NCBI GenBank assembly: GCA_046543235.1
Contig: JBKGZT010000014.1
Coordinates: 1-26,426, forward strand
Direction of reading: 5' to 3'
Origin: Candidatus Acetothermia bacterium
GTDB lineage: Bacteria > Bipolaricaulota > Bipolaricaulia > M55B111
DNA length: 26,426 nt
In this document: positions 1-9,992 of the stretch, one piece after another
How the letters are laid out: each line of letters starts with the position of its first letter
Position numbering within the stretch: the stretch's first letter is position 1
Program-made: the position numbers and the translations under genes
Notes under the pieces: model-generated
Seen by the model: the letters and a program-made list of their open reading frames with translations, nothing else
What the model was told of the DNA's origin: nothing
Databases searched by the model: none

Positions 1-24
1 AGGTTTTAGGTAGGTGAAAATATC

Positions 25-420
25 ATGGTTCAAGTCCTGAAGAAAGAGCTAGATCTTTCGTTCGACGAGGCAGTAAACAAGGTTATAGAGACCGTCGAAA
101 AGGAATTTTCAGTCCTTATGGTAAAATCGATAGACGACGTCATCAGGGACAACCTGGGGCTGGAGGATTACCCGCTGAAATATACGACGATCCTGGCCTG
201 CGGGCCCCAGCTGGCCAAGTCCGCCTTGGACGTTTCCGAGGATATGGGGACGCTAATGCCCTGTTCTTTCTCCGTTTACGAAAAGGACGGCCGGGTTTTC
301 GCAAGCCATATCTCGATTATGAAGATAGGAGCCGAACTGGGTGTTGCTGATTCGGAAGCCATGGAACCGGTAATTGCCGAAACGGGCGGGAAGGTGGAAA
401 AGGTTTGGGAAGAGCTTTGA
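25..420 (+). CDS. DUF302 domain protein
   Basis: 131 aa; LSFDEAVNKV start, ILACGPQLA and LMPCSFSVYEKDGRVF motifs typical of DUF302; AGGTGA SD upstream. Confidence 0.85.
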   Translation: MVQVLKKELDLSFDEAVNKVIETVEKEFSVLMVKSIDDVIRDNLGLEDYPLKYTTILACGPQLAKSALDVSEDMGTLMPCSFSVYEKDGRVFASHISIMKIGAELGVADSEAMEPVIAETGGKVEKVWEEL

Positions 421-447
421 TGGCTGCTATTGAGGAGGAGATAAGCG

Positions 448-1833
448 GTGAAATCAAACGAACTTAACTCGACCTACGACGCCGCCGTGATCGGCTCCGG
501 TCAGGGTGGAACCCCGCTCGCCGTTTACATGGCAGAGCAGGGGTTAAAGACCGCGCTTATTGAAAGAGAACACGTCGGCGGTACGTGCGTAAACGAGGGC
601 TGTACGCCGACCAAGACGATGATCGCCAGCGGACGAGTGGCCCACCTCGCCAGGCGTTCCGGGGATTACGGCGTCAATACGGGAAAAGTCGAAGTGGATT
701 TTTCCCGGGTAAGGGAACGAAAAAGGGAAATCGTCGAAAGTTTTCGCCAGGGCAACCTCGAAAGGATTAAGGGGATTAAAGGACTGGACCTGATTCGGGG
801 TGAAGCTTCCTTTGATGGTCCACGTACTCTGGAAGTGAGGCAGGGAGAAGATGAGGGGTTCATTGAAGCCCGAAAGATATTTATCGACACTGGAGCCAGG
901 CCAGCTGCGCCTCCTATTGAGGGCCTCCACGAGGTCGATTATCTGGATTCTACCTCAATTATGGAACTGGAAGAAACCCCGGATAAGCTTCTGATAATTG
1001 GCGGGGGTTACATCGGGGTAGAGTTCGGCCAGGCCTTTCGCAGGTTCGGATCCGAGGTGACTATATTCCAGCGGAGTTCCCAGCTGTTGACTCACGAGGA
1101 CAGGGACGTGGCCGAGGCGGTGAGCTCAGTTCTCGAAGAGGCCGGGCTAGACGTGAGGCTCGGATACGAAGTCCGGAGCGTGGAAAAGATTCCCGGCGGC
1201 ATCAAAGTGATAGCCGGTGATTCCGCCGAAGAGACCGGAAGCCATCTGCTGGTTGCAACCGGTCGAGCGCCTAACACTAACTCCCTGGGCCTGGGAGCTA
1301 CCGGGGTCAACACGAACGAGCGGGGGTTCATAGAGGTAGACGATAATCTTGAGACCGATCAGGAAGGTGTATATGCCCTGGGCGACGTGAAGGGCGGACC
1401 CGCGTTTACCCACATATCATACGATGACTTCAGAATCCTGCGAGATAATCTGTTCGAGGGTGGGGATCGAACGGCTAAAGAACGATCGGTACCATATACC
1501 GTCTTCACCGACCCTCAGCTGGGACGGGTCGGGCTAACGGAGGAGGCCGCCAGGGAAGAAGGCTACGATGTCAGGGTGGCAAAGATGGGAATGGACGAGG
1601 TTGCTAGGGCCCTGGAGGTAGACGAAACACTTGGATTGATGAAAGCAGTCGTCGATGGCGAAACAGGGGAGATACTTGGGGCTTCCGTCCTCGGGATAGA
1701 AGGCGGGGAAATCGCATCGGCAATTCAGATAGCCATGATGGGTGATCTGACTTACAAAGATTTAAGAGAGGGCGTGTTTTCCCACCCCACTCTGGCGGAG
1801 TCGTTGAACAACCTGTTTGCGAAGCTTGACTGA
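448..1833 (+). CDS. Class I pyridine nucleotide-disulfide oxidoreductase (mercuric reductase-like / Lpd / RclA family)
   Basis: GSGQGG FAD motif, GGTCVNEGCTPTK redox dithiol, GGGYIGVE NAD(P)H motif, C-terminal HPTLAE; GAGGAGG SD before GTG start. Confidence 0.9.
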   Translation: MKSNELNSTYDAAVIGSGQGGTPLAVYMAEQGLKTALIEREHVGGTCVNEGCTPTKTMIASGRVAHLARRSGDYGVNTGKVEVDFSRVRERKREIVESFRQGNLERIKGIKGLDLIRGEASFDGPRTLEVRQGEDEGFIEARKIFIDTGARPAAPPIEGLHEVDYLDSTSIMELEETPDKLLIIGGGYIGVEFGQAFRRFGSEVTIFQRSSQLLTHEDRDVAEAVSSVLEEAGLDVRLGYEVRSVEKIPGGIKVIAGDSAEETGSHLLVATGRAPNTNSLGLGATGVNTNERGFIEVDDNLETDQEGVYALGDVKGGPAFTHISYDDFRILRDNLFEGGDRTAKERSVPYTVFTDPQLGRVGLTEEAAREEGYDVRVAKMGMDEVARALEVDETLGLMKAVVDGETGEILGASVLGIEGGEIASAIQIAMMGDLTYKDLREGVFSHPTLAESLNNLFAKLD

Positions 1834-1881
1834 GAGCCCCCCTTGAGAGCAGGTCGGTGAAGAAAATAACTCCGAAGATTC

Positions 1882-1922
1882 GGCGGGATTTATTGACAAT
1901 TCCCGCCTGGCCTCTGTATGTT
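1882..1922 (+). promoter_or_regulatory. Possible sigma70 promoter with -35 flanked by an inverted repeat
   Basis: TTGACA at 1893-1898, TATGTT at 1917-1922 (18-nt spacer); GGCGGGA/TCCCGCC inverted repeat at 1882-1907. Confidence 0.4.
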
Positions 1923-1963
1923 TATATCGTAAGCAGGTATTCGGGTAGAAAAAGGGGGTTACG

Positions 1964-2482
1964 ATGGAATCCGAACTGAGGTCTTTCGCTCTTGACGAGC
2001 TCATCGGCCACTCCATAGAGTCCGAAGAGGCGTCCAGGAGATTTTACAGCCAGTTTGTCGAGGCGGGAATCGGAAGGTTGGTTACCGAAAGGTTCGAGGG
2101 CCTGATGACCGACGAGGAGCTGCACAAGGAGGTTCTGCTCGGGTTGCACGAGGATCTCTACGGCGACCGGGATTACCTAACCCCGGAGAGCGACGATCTA
2201 CCTCCCCACGAGGACTTCGAGTCCCTGGAGGACGTGGAGAACCTGATAGATGCACTGGAGAAGGCAATGATCAACGAGAACAACGCGATTCGGGTCTATG
2301 AATACCTTTCGGAGGAGTATGAAGAGTACTCGGAAGTCTTCGGCTATCTGGCGGCGATGGAGCACGGTCATTACGAATCCCTGAAGCAGGAAAAAAAGCT
2401 CTACGAGCGCGTTCCAGGGGATGAAGAAAGCGGGACCGGCGACAGCCACTTCTGGAAATGGCTTGGCCTGGAAGGGATTTGA
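1964..2482 (+). CDS. Rubrerythrin/ferritin-like di-iron four-helix bundle protein
   Basis: Two E...ExxH units (ESEEASRRFY...DEELH; NENNAIRVY...MEHGH); no rubredoxin domain. Confidence 0.8.
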   Translation: MESELRSFALDELIGHSIESEEASRRFYSQFVEAGIGRLVTERFEGLMTDEELHKEVLLGLHEDLYGDRDYLTPESDDLPPHEDFESLEDVENLIDALEKAMINENNAIRVYEYLSEEYEEYSEVFGYLAAMEHGHYESLKQEKKLYERVPGDEESGTGDSHFWKWLGLEGI

Positions 2483-2886
2483 GTCCGGGATCACCGGTGG
2501 GGCGGAGTAGATGAGCGTTGACGGAATCGGAGAAGCCTTCTGGAAGCCTTATTTACCAATATTAGCTAAAAACTCCAGGATTCCCTGGGGAGAAATTGAC
2601 TGGTTAACATAACTGGATACGAGCTATCCATGGGTCAATGCACCTCCCCCATTCAGGTTTGGTACTGGCCCAATGCCGGTTCCGAATTGACACCTGGGTC
2701 TTCTTTTGTAAAAGAACAAAGACAGTGGTTACGACCCCTTTTCTACAATTCCCGTCACCCGGGGCGGGCTTCTTGACTTCAACTTTCACCCCCTGGAGCT
2801 GGAGCAGGATAGGTCCGAAAGCTAAACTTTTTAACCCGGAAGACTTGTAGCAGAATAGGATATCAGTTATAAAGCACCTGGAACAA

Positions 2887-4641
2887 TTGAAGGAGGTAAT
2901 GGCGGATACGATGTCGACGAGCAGACGGGAAATTAAACGACTCCTGGAGATATCTCCGGAGGCATTGTTCCTCGAGGACCCCGATGGGAAGATACTTGAC
3001 GTAAACGAGAGGGCCTGCAAGATGCTGGACTACGATAAGGAGGAACTGCTGAATCAAGAAGCCGGCAAGATAGTTCCCGACGATCACCCCGTATACCTGC
3101 CGGGAGAAATCGACGAGGCCACCCGGGCCGGCGAGATGATAGAGACCATCAATCTGAAAAAAGACGGCACGGAAGTACCGGTGGAGTTGCGGGGAAGGCT
3201 CCTGGAGCTGGAGGGAAAGCGGAGGGTGCTGGTCAGCATCAGGAACGTTGCGGAAAGGAAGCGGATGGAGGAGGAATTGAGGGAAACCAACAGGGAGCTT
3301 CGAAGGAGTCAGGAGAGGTACCGGAGCTACTTTGACGAGCTCGGGGACGCCATCTTCGTCACGGCCGTCGGCGGCGAGAACGAGGGAGAGATACTCGACG
3401 TAAACAGGCGGGCGGTAGAGCAGACGGGCTACAGCCGGGATGAGCTGATAGGGATGAATATCGAGGAAGACCTGAGTAAAGGAGAGCCGGAGTCGATTTC
3501 CCACGAAGAAGCTGACGATAAACTATCCGAGGGGGAGATGTTTAGCTTCCGAGAAAAGAAGGTTCGCAAGGACGGCACTCAGTACTGGACTCACGTCGTC
3601 GTGACCCCGATAGAGTACGAGGGTCGCCATGCTTCACTCTCGATTAACCGGGACGTCACCGCGGAAAGACGGGCCAAACTGTCATTGAGGGAGGAGAGGG
3701 ACAAGCTGAAGAGCCTCCACGAAACCGTAGTCCGTCTTCAAAACCTGGAGGAAGAAGAGGAGGTCCTTTGGGAAGCGGTCGAAGTTGCCGAGAACATGCT
3801 GGAGTTCGAGCTCTGTGCCATTGCCATGCTGGAAGGAGATTACCTCATTCCCAAAGCCAACTCATCAAACGTCGAACCCGAGGAGACGGCTACGTTTAAA
3901 GTAGGAGAAGGGTTAGCCGGTAGGACCATCCAGCGCGGGGAGACGATCTGGGGCGAGGACGTAAGGAACTATCCGGAAGCAAAGCCGACCAAGGACGACT
4001 TCAGGGCTTTTATCAGCGTCCCGATCGGGGAGCTCGGAACCCTCCAGGTTATCTCTAAGGAGGTCGGGAGCTTCTCCCGGCGGGACGTCAGATTGGCGGA
4101 GATACTCGCGGGCCACCTGCGGGAAGAGGTCAAACGGGTCCAGGCGGAACAGGAGCTGAGGGAACAAGCGACCCGGGACCCGTTAACCGGTTTATTCAAC
4201 CGCAGGTATTTCAACGAGACGCTCCAGAAGGAAGTGGAAAGATCCAAACGCTACGAGGAACCGATTGCCTTCGTGATGATGGACGTGGACAGGTTCAAGG
4301 AGATAAACGATCGTTACTCCCACCAGGTGGGCGACGAGGTGCTAAGGGAGGTGGCGGATCTGCTTAGGGAAAACGTCAGAGAAGCTGACACCGTCGTCCG
4401 GTACGGCGGCGACGAGTTCCTGATAATGTTGCCTGAAACCGACGGTGGCGTCACTTCCACCGTTACGAGGATCGAGCGGAAGCTTGAAGAGTGGAACGAA
4501 GGGTCGGACCTGATCGACTTCCCGATCGGCCTCGCGTTCGGTGTCTCCCACTGGTCGCCCGGTCAGGAACGGGATATAGAAGCGACCCTTAAGGAAGCCG
4601 ACAGGAAGATGTACGAGAACAAGCCGGATAAAAGTTATTAG
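2887..4641 (+). CDS. PAS-PAS-GAF-GGDEF diguanylate cyclase (start may be ATG 2899 or 2911)
   Basis: Two PAS repeats (ILDVNERACKMLDY; ILDVNRRAVEQTGY), GAF region, DPLTGLFNRRYF, DVDRFKEINDRYSHQVGD, intact GGDEF and RxxD I-site (READ). Confidence 0.95.
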   Translation: MKEVMADTMSTSRREIKRLLEISPEALFLEDPDGKILDVNERACKMLDYDKEELLNQEAGKIVPDDHPVYLPGEIDEATRAGEMIETINLKKDGTEVPVELRGRLLELEGKRRVLVSIRNVAERKRMEEELRETNRELRRSQERYRSYFDELGDAIFVTAVGGENEGEILDVNRRAVEQTGYSRDELIGMNIEEDLSKGEPESISHEEADDKLSEGEMFSFREKKVRKDGTQYWTHVVVTPIEYEGRHASLSINRDVTAERRAKLSLREERDKLKSLHETVVRLQNLEEEEEVLWEAVEVAENMLEFELCAIAMLEGDYLIPKANSSNVEPEETATFKVGEGLAGRTIQRGETIWGEDVRNYPEAKPTKDDFRAFISVPIGELGTLQVISKEVGSFSRRDVRLAEILAGHLREEVKRVQAEQELREQATRDPLTGLFNRRYFNETLQKEVERSKRYEEPIAFVMMDVDRFKEINDRYSHQVGDEVLREVADLLRENVREADTVVRYGGDEFLIMLPETDGGVTSTVTRIERKLEEWNEGSDLIDFPIGLAFGVSHWSPGQERDIEATLKEADRKMYENKPDKSY

Positions 4642-4645
4642 CCAC

Positions 4646-5428
4646 TCAACTTTTTCCCTCGTCGGTCTCCGTGACGTGATCGAGGAGTAGTTCCCGGACT
4701 TCCTCCAGCCTTCTCGGCTTCTCATCTGACAGGCTTTCGATGAAACCCTCCAGGTCGAGTCCGTCGAAGGGCCTGGAGTCCGTCTTCTCAAAGACCCCCT
4801 CGGCCGTTACCCTGTATTCGTCCTTATCCGGGTCCCAGCGGAAGACCTCACGATGTCCGTCCTCCGCCGATTCGTGGACCCGGTGGATTTTGCGGACAGT
4901 TTGCCTACCGGAGCGGTTCATCTTCATGGTAACTATCAAATCCAGCGAGTTGAACTCGGGCTTTTCCAGCCCCACTGGCTGTTTTAACAACTTGTCCCTG
5001 ATCCCCTTGAGGCTCTCCGCGTGCAGGGTGGCTGCTATCCTCTCGCTTCTCGCCGCCTGTAAGAAGTGACGTGCTTCTCTCCCCCAGATGTAGCCGTAAT
5101 AGGGGGCGTCGTTCAGTTCGTGTGCAAGGTAGAGCGGACGGTACCCTTGGCGGGGTTTGGGTAGAGTGTTTCCCCGTTCGGCCGTCCGGATCTCCAGTCC
5201 GGGCGGAATCAGGTTCAGCAGGGCACCCATTAGGGTGGTCTTTCCCGTGCCGGATGGTCCCGCGGCGGCCAGGAGGGAATCCCCGAGCCAGATCCTCCGG
5301 ACGAGAAACTTGAGCATACGTTGGCTCAGCGTTTTAGCCTCCAGCAGGTCCGTCACGGTCAGGAACCTTCCACCCCGCTGGTTTAGCCTCCTGATTGCCG
5401 TCAGGTTTGCTTTTTCCAGGTCGTCCAT
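4646..5428 (-). CDS. Short stand-alone P-loop ATPase of the VirB11/CpaF/GspE secretion ATPase superfamily
   Basis: Walker A GPSGTGKTTLMGAL, His box ATLHA, C-terminal VFRWDP. Confidence 0.7.
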   Translation of the reverse strand: MDDLEKANLTAIRRLNQRGGRFLTVTDLLEAKTLSQRMLKFLVRRIWLGDSLLAAAGPSGTGKTTLMGALLNLIPPGLEIRTAERGNTLPKPRQGYRPLYLAHELNDAPYYGYIWGREARHFLQAARSERIAATLHAESLKGIRDKLLKQPVGLEKPEFNSLDLIVTMKMNRSGRQTVRKIHRVHESAEDGHREVFRWDPDKDEYRVTAEGVFEKTDSRPFDGLDLEGFIESLSDEKPRRLEEVRELLLDHVTETDEGKS

Positions 5429-5528
5429 CTCTCACCAGCTCCATGGAATTTTAGTTTAGTTCTTTCGCTTTTACAAAGGGAGGTTTGACCATATCTCTGT
5501 CCGGGCGGCCGCGACCCCGTTCGGCAGG

Positions 5529-6323
5529 TTATCTCGTCGTCCCGGATTTTAGTTCCCTGACAAAGTCTCGAACCTCATCCGGCCTCCTCCCTTCGGCTAT
5601 TCTTTTTACGATGGCGGAACCTACTATCGCTCCGTCCGCGCCCGCTTCCACCACCCGTGATATTCCCTCGGGGCTGGATAGACCGAAGCCGACGCAGATT
5701 GGAAGCTCCCCGCTTAGCTGAGCCGTGACGGATTTGATTGCCTCCGTCGTTAACTTCGCTACCTCCTCCTGGGCGCCGGTAGTGCCGGGCCGGGCCACGA
5801 GGTAAAGGAAGCCGGTCGAGCGTTCTGCGACCTCCTTTATCCTTGCCTGCGACGTGGCGGGAGTGACCAGGAACGGCGTCGCCACGGAGTGCTTTCTCGC
5901 CAGCTCGATGTAACTATTTCCTTCCTCGACGGGGAGGTCGGGTAAAATTACGCCGTCCACCCCGGTTTCGTCGCACCTATTTAAGAACTTCTCCTCGCCG
6001 AACTGGAACACCGGATTGTAGTAGCTCATTAACACTATTGGGGTCTCAATTGATCGTTTAGCCCTCTCGACTATTCGAAAGACGCTTGCCAGGTCTCCGG
6101 TCTCATCTATTGCTCTGTTCCCGGCTGCTTGAATCGTCTGGCCGTCCGCCACCGGGTCGGTGTAAGGTACGCCGAATTCGACGACGTCCGCGCCCCCCGC
6201 CGATAGGGATTTTAAGTATTCGACGGACTTCTTCGGACTCGGGTCCCCGGCCATCAAGTAAGCTATCAGAGCACCTTCCCCTTTCTCGTTCGTCGCTTTA
6301 ATCATCCTGGCGACTTCGTTCAT
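5529..6323 (-). CDS. trpA: Tryptophan synthase alpha subunit
   Basis: [36 protein letters not shown]. Confidence 0.98.
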   Translation of the reverse strand: MNEVARMIKATNEKGEGALIAYLMAGDPSPKKSVEYLKSLSAGGADVVEFGVPYTDPVADGQTIQAAGNRAIDETGDLASVFRIVERAKRSIETPIVLMSYYNPVFQFGEEKFLNRCDETGVDGVILPDLPVEEGNSYIELARKHSVATPFLVTPATSQARIKEVAERSTGFLYLVARPGTTGAQEEVAKLTTEAIKSVTAQLSGELPICVGFGLSSPEGISRVVEAGADGAIVGSAIVKRIAEGRRPDEVRDFVRELKSGTTR

Positions 6324-7498
6324 TTTAACACCTTCCTGACGGTTTCCAGGTCCTTATCGCCGCGGCCGGACAGGGTGATCACCAGAGTCTCCTCGGAATC
6401 CATTTCCGAAGCTATTCTTAATCCTGCTTTGATCGCGTGTGCCGGCTCGAGTGCCGGAATTATTCCCTCGGTCTCCGTAAGTGTTTGAAAACCATCCAGC
6501 GCCCCTTCGTCCGAGACGCTGACGTAATCCGCCCGTCCTACTTCCTGGAACAGGGCGTGTTCCGGGCCGACTCCGGGGTAGTCGAGGCCGGCCGAGATCG
6601 AACTGGTTTCCTCGATCTGACCTCCGTCGTCCTGGAGCAGTTTGGTTCTCGCGCCGTGTAGCACTCCTTTGCTTCCGTAAGACAGGCTGGCCGCGTTACC
6701 TTCTTCGTTTCCTCCCGCCTCTACCCCGGTGAGGTCGACCTCTACGTCATCCGCGAATGGATAGAATGTTCCCATGGCGTTGCTTCCGCCCCCGACGCAG
6801 GCGACCAGGTGGTCCGGAAGACCTTCTCCTCTATTTTTCATCTGGGATTTGATTTCATCGCCGATCACCCGCTGGAAGTCCCGAACGATCATGGGATAAG
6901 GGTGCGGACCGACGACGGAACCTACCAGATAGTGGGTATCCTCCACGCTGCCGGACCAGTCACGGAGGGCTTCGTTGATCGCGTCCTTTAGTGTCTTACT
7001 TCCCGTCTCGACCTCGTGGACCTCTGCCCCTAACAGCTCCATCCTGAAGACGTTTGGCTTCTGTCTCTCGACGTCCACCGCTCCCATGTAGACCTCGACG
7101 TCCAGTCCGAGGACCGCGCCGGCCAGGGATGTCGCCACGCCGTGCTGGCCCGCTCCGGTTTCGCATATCAACCGTTCCTTGCCGGATCTCTTTGCCAGGA
7201 GGGCCTGTCCCATCACGTTGTTGAACTTGTGGGCTCCTCCGTGAAGGAGGTCTTCGCGTTTCAGAAAGATTCTCGCACCTCCTGCCACCTTTGTCAGGTT
7301 TTCGGCTTCGTAAAGCGGGGAGGGACGACCGCCGTAGTTTCTATTGTAGCTTTCCAGCTCGCTATTGAACTCCGGGTCGTTCCGGTATTCTTCGTGGACC
7401 TTCTCCAGGTCCTTCAGCGCCGGGCGAAGGATTTCGGGGACGTAGCTCCCCCCGAATTCCCCGTACTTTCCGGCCTTTGGATACTCGCTAAGTTGCAT
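6320..7498 (-). CDS. trpB: Tryptophan synthase beta subunit
   Basis: [16 protein letters not shown] (PLP lysine), [34 protein letters not shown]. Confidence 0.99.
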   Translation of the reverse strand: MQLSEYPKAGKYGEFGGSYVPEILRPALKDLEKVHEEYRNDPEFNSELESYNRNYGGRPSPLYEAENLTKVAGGARIFLKREDLLHGGAHKFNNVMGQALLAKRSGKERLICETGAGQHGVATSLAGAVLGLDVEVYMGAVDVERQKPNVFRMELLGAEVHEVETGSKTLKDAINEALRDWSGSVEDTHYLVGSVVGPHPYPMIVRDFQRVIGDEIKSQMKNRGEGLPDHLVACVGGGSNAMGTFYPFADDVEVDLTGVEAGGNEEGNAASLSYGSKGVLHGARTKLLQDDGGQIEETSSISAGLDYPGVGPEHALFQEVGRADYVSVSDEGALDGFQTLTETEGIIPALEPAHAIKAGLRIASEMDSEETLVITLSGRGDKDLETVRKVLK

Positions 7499-8141
7499 TT
7501 TCTTTCACCTCTTTTAGGAATTGGTTCGTTTTTTCGGGGGACTTTTCGCCGGCTATTTCCAGACCCGAGGCCGCGTCCACGGCGTAGGGTTTGACCTTTT
7601 CCACTGCTTTTCGTACGTTTCCCGGTTCGAGTCCGCCCGCCAGGATCACGGGAAATGGATCGACCGCTTTCCGGATCCTTCTGCTGAGTTCCCAGTCGTG
7701 GGTTTCTCCCGTACCCCCGGAGCGTCCTCCCGATTTGCTATCAAGCAGAATCCCGCTCACCGGGGATTCTTTCAGGTCCCGGGCCTTCCGTTCCAGCTCT
7801 TCACCGGAGCCCTCGACCGGTAGAAGGCCAATCAGGTCGATTAATCCCGGGACGACAGAGTCGATCTTCCTCAACTCGCCCTCGGAAAGTCTGGAATGCA
7901 ACTGGAGGTAGTCCGGGGCTACTCGCTTCGATAATCGGGCCAGCTTTTCAGGTTTGGTTTCCGTGGTTACCAGGACCGTATCGGTGAATAGGGGGACGCT
8001 TTCTACCAGCTTTGCTGCCCTTCCCGGAGTTAGGTTTCTCGATGATTCCGGAGTGGAGATTATGAAACCGACCGCGTCCGCTCCGGCGCTCGCGTCGATG
8101 TCGTCCCTGGTCTGATTCCCGCATATCTTGACTTTAACCAT
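7488..8141 (-). CDS. trpF: Phosphoribosylanthranilate isomerase
   Basis: [36 protein letters not shown]. Confidence 0.97.
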   Translation of the reverse strand: MVKVKICGNQTRDDIDASAGADAVGFIISTPESSRNLTPGRAAKLVESVPLFTDTVLVTTETKPEKLARLSKRVAPDYLQLHSRLSEGELRKIDSVVPGLIDLIGLLPVEGSGEELERKARDLKESPVSGILLDSKSGGRSGGTGETHDWELSRRIRKAVDPFPVILAGGLEPGNVRKAVEKVKPYAVDAASGLEIAGEKSPEKTNQFLKEVKENAT

Positions 8142-8922
8142 TGATTACACCGACCAGGCGTTTCAGGTGCTCTGCCGGGTTCCCGGCCCGGGAAAGGGAG
8201 GTGCCGACGAGGAAGGCATCCGCGCCGGCCCGACGTAGGAAATCGACGTCTTCTCCGGCTGATATTCCACTCATCGACCAGACTATCCGGTCCTTGTCGG
8301 CTTCGGCGAGAATCTCTGCAGTGGTGGATAGGGTGACTTCTAGGCTCCTTAGGTCTCGGTTGTTGATTCCGATCATCTCCGCCTCGGTTTCTAGAGAGCT
8401 TTTATACTCCTCCAGGTCGTTTACCTCCAGCAGGACTTCCAGTTCCAGCTGCTTGGCGTGTTCAATAGCCTCCTCCAGTTCCAAGAACGTCTGGCCTCGC
8501 TTGAACAGGCGGTAAATCAGGAGGACCGCGTCCGCCCCTGCTTCCCGGGCCCGGCGAATCTGCGAATAATCCATTATGAAATCCTTCATCAGGGTTGGGG
8601 CTCCCAGATCCGAAACTTCTTCCAGGTTATGCGTCGAGCCACCGAAGTGATCCGGATCGGTCAGGACTGAAAAACCGGCGGCACCTCCATCGAGGTAAAG
8701 TCGGGCGAGCTCCTTTGGCTTGAACTTTCCTTCGAACAGACTTCCCCGAGAAGGCGATTCCGGCTTGAGCTCGGCGATGACCGGGTTTAGGGTCCGACCC
8801 CCTATCTCCTCGACGAAGGAACGCCGGGGATTTCCGTCCGCGTCCGTCCCTTTTGGTTCGTAGTAACCGGACTTGATCCTATCTCTTGCCGAATTAGCTA
8901 GCTCGTCAAGGACGTCGTTCAT
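8134..8922 (-). CDS. trpC: Indole-3-glycerol phosphate synthase
   Basis: IAELKPESPS, SVLTD, LMKDFI, GADAVLLI, GINNRDL, FLVGTSL. Confidence 0.96.
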   Translation of the reverse strand: MNDVLDELANSARDRIKSGYYEPKGTDADGNPRRSFVEEIGGRTLNPVIAELKPESPSRGSLFEGKFKPKELARLYLDGGAAGFSVLTDPDHFGGSTHNLEEVSDLGAPTLMKDFIMDYSQIRRAREAGADAVLLIYRLFKRGQTFLELEEAIEHAKQLELEVLLEVNDLEEYKSSLETEAEMIGINNRDLRSLEVTLSTTAEILAEADKDRIVWSMSGISAGEDVDFLRRAGADAFLVGTSLSRAGNPAEHLKRLVGVING

Positions 8923-9992
8923 CTTGTCTTGGTGCCGGGGACTTCCCGCTCCAGGTCTTTGAACTTCTCCTCGTTACCTGCCATGGCAACGAGTTCCCTG
9001 GCAGCCCGGTATCCTCGACCGGAATAGATGGTCTTCCTGGCGACTTCGATTCCCTCTCCGATGGAGTCAGCTCCACCGGCTACGTATATTCCGGCACCGG
9101 CGTTTAGCAGGACGATGTCCCTCCGCTTTCCGGTATTTTCGCCCGAGAGGACCTCGAGGGTCAGTCTTGCGCTCTCCTCAGGTGGTAGGTCTCCAACGGC
9201 TGAGGGTTCGACTTCCGGCAGACCGAAGTCCCTCGGTTTGATTTCGTAGTGGTCGATTTCCCCGTTCCCCAGCTCCCCCACGTAGGTCCTCCCTGCCGTG
9301 GAGATCTCGTCCATACCCGGTTCGCCGTGGACGACCAGAGCCCGGCTCACGCCCAGCTTTTTCAGGACGAAAGGGAACTTCTCGACCAGCTCCGGTTCGT
9401 AGACCCCCATCAGATGTCTGTCGGCCGAAGCGGGGTTCGTCAGAGGGCCGAGCAGGTTGAACACGGTTCTTATCCCCAGTTCACTTCTGGGCCCTGCGGC
9501 GTGCTTCATCGCCGGATGGTGATTCGGGGCGTAAAGGAAGCCCAGCCCCGTCTCTTCGATTGACCGCTCGACCATTCCCGGGTCGGCGTCCAGATTTACG
9601 CCCAGGGCCTCGAGCAGGTCGGCGCTCCCGCTACGGCTGGTGTTGGACCGGTTGCCGTGTTTTGCCACGGGGTAACCGGCACCGGCGACGACGAAGGTAC
9701 TGATAGTCGAGATGTTGAAGGTCTTTACCGACGCTCCTCCTGTGCCGCACATGTCCATCAGTTCTCCGTCTACTTTGGGATCTATCCTGACTGCCTTGTG
9801 CCTCATCGTTTCCGCAAAGGCGGCGATCTCTCCCGGAGATTCTCCCTTGGCCTTGAGCCCTGCAAGTAAAGCACCTATATTGGTCTCGGCCGCGTCTCCG
9901 CTCATTAGTTTGTCCATGGCTTCCCGTGCGAGGTCGGGTTCCAGTCCCTCTCCGCTTGTAACCTTTTCTATTGCTTTCGACATCGTCTTCAT
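8919..9992 (-). CDS. trpD: Anthranilate phosphoribosyltransferase
   Basis: DMCGTGG, FNIST, KHGNRSNTSRSGSAD, RTVFNLLGPLTNP. Confidence 0.98.
   Translation of the reverse strand: MKTMSKAIEKVTSGEGLEPDLAREAMDKLMSGDAAETNIGALLAGLKAKGESPGEIAAFAETMRHKAVRIDPKVDGELMDMCGTGGASVKTFNISTISTFVVAGAGYPVAKHGNRSNTSRSGSADLLEALGVNLDADPGMVERSIEETGLGFLYAPNHHPAMKHAAGPRSELGIRTVFNLLGPLTNPASADRHLMGVYEPELVEKFPFVLKKLGVSRALVVHGEPGMDEISTAGRTYVGELGNGEIDHYEIKPRDFGLPEVEPSAVGDLPPEESARLTLEVLSGENTGKRRDIVLLNAGAGIYVAGGADSIGEGIEVARKTIYSGRGYRAARELVAMAGNEEKFKDLEREVPGTKTR

Noticed and set aside
448-1833. Mercury resistance gene merA
   Set aside because: No N-terminal HMA domain, no C-terminal Cys-Cys pair, no mer genes nearby; it has the HPTLAE motif instead.
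2440-2482. Encapsulin cargo-loading peptide at the ferritin-like C-terminus
   Set aside because: WLGLEGI matches the LxIGSL-type consensus poorly and there is no encapsulin gene in the window.
2604-3020. ORFs 2604-3020 (-) and 2638-2850 (+)
   Set aside because: No SD, atypical composition, and the first overlaps the DGC antisense.
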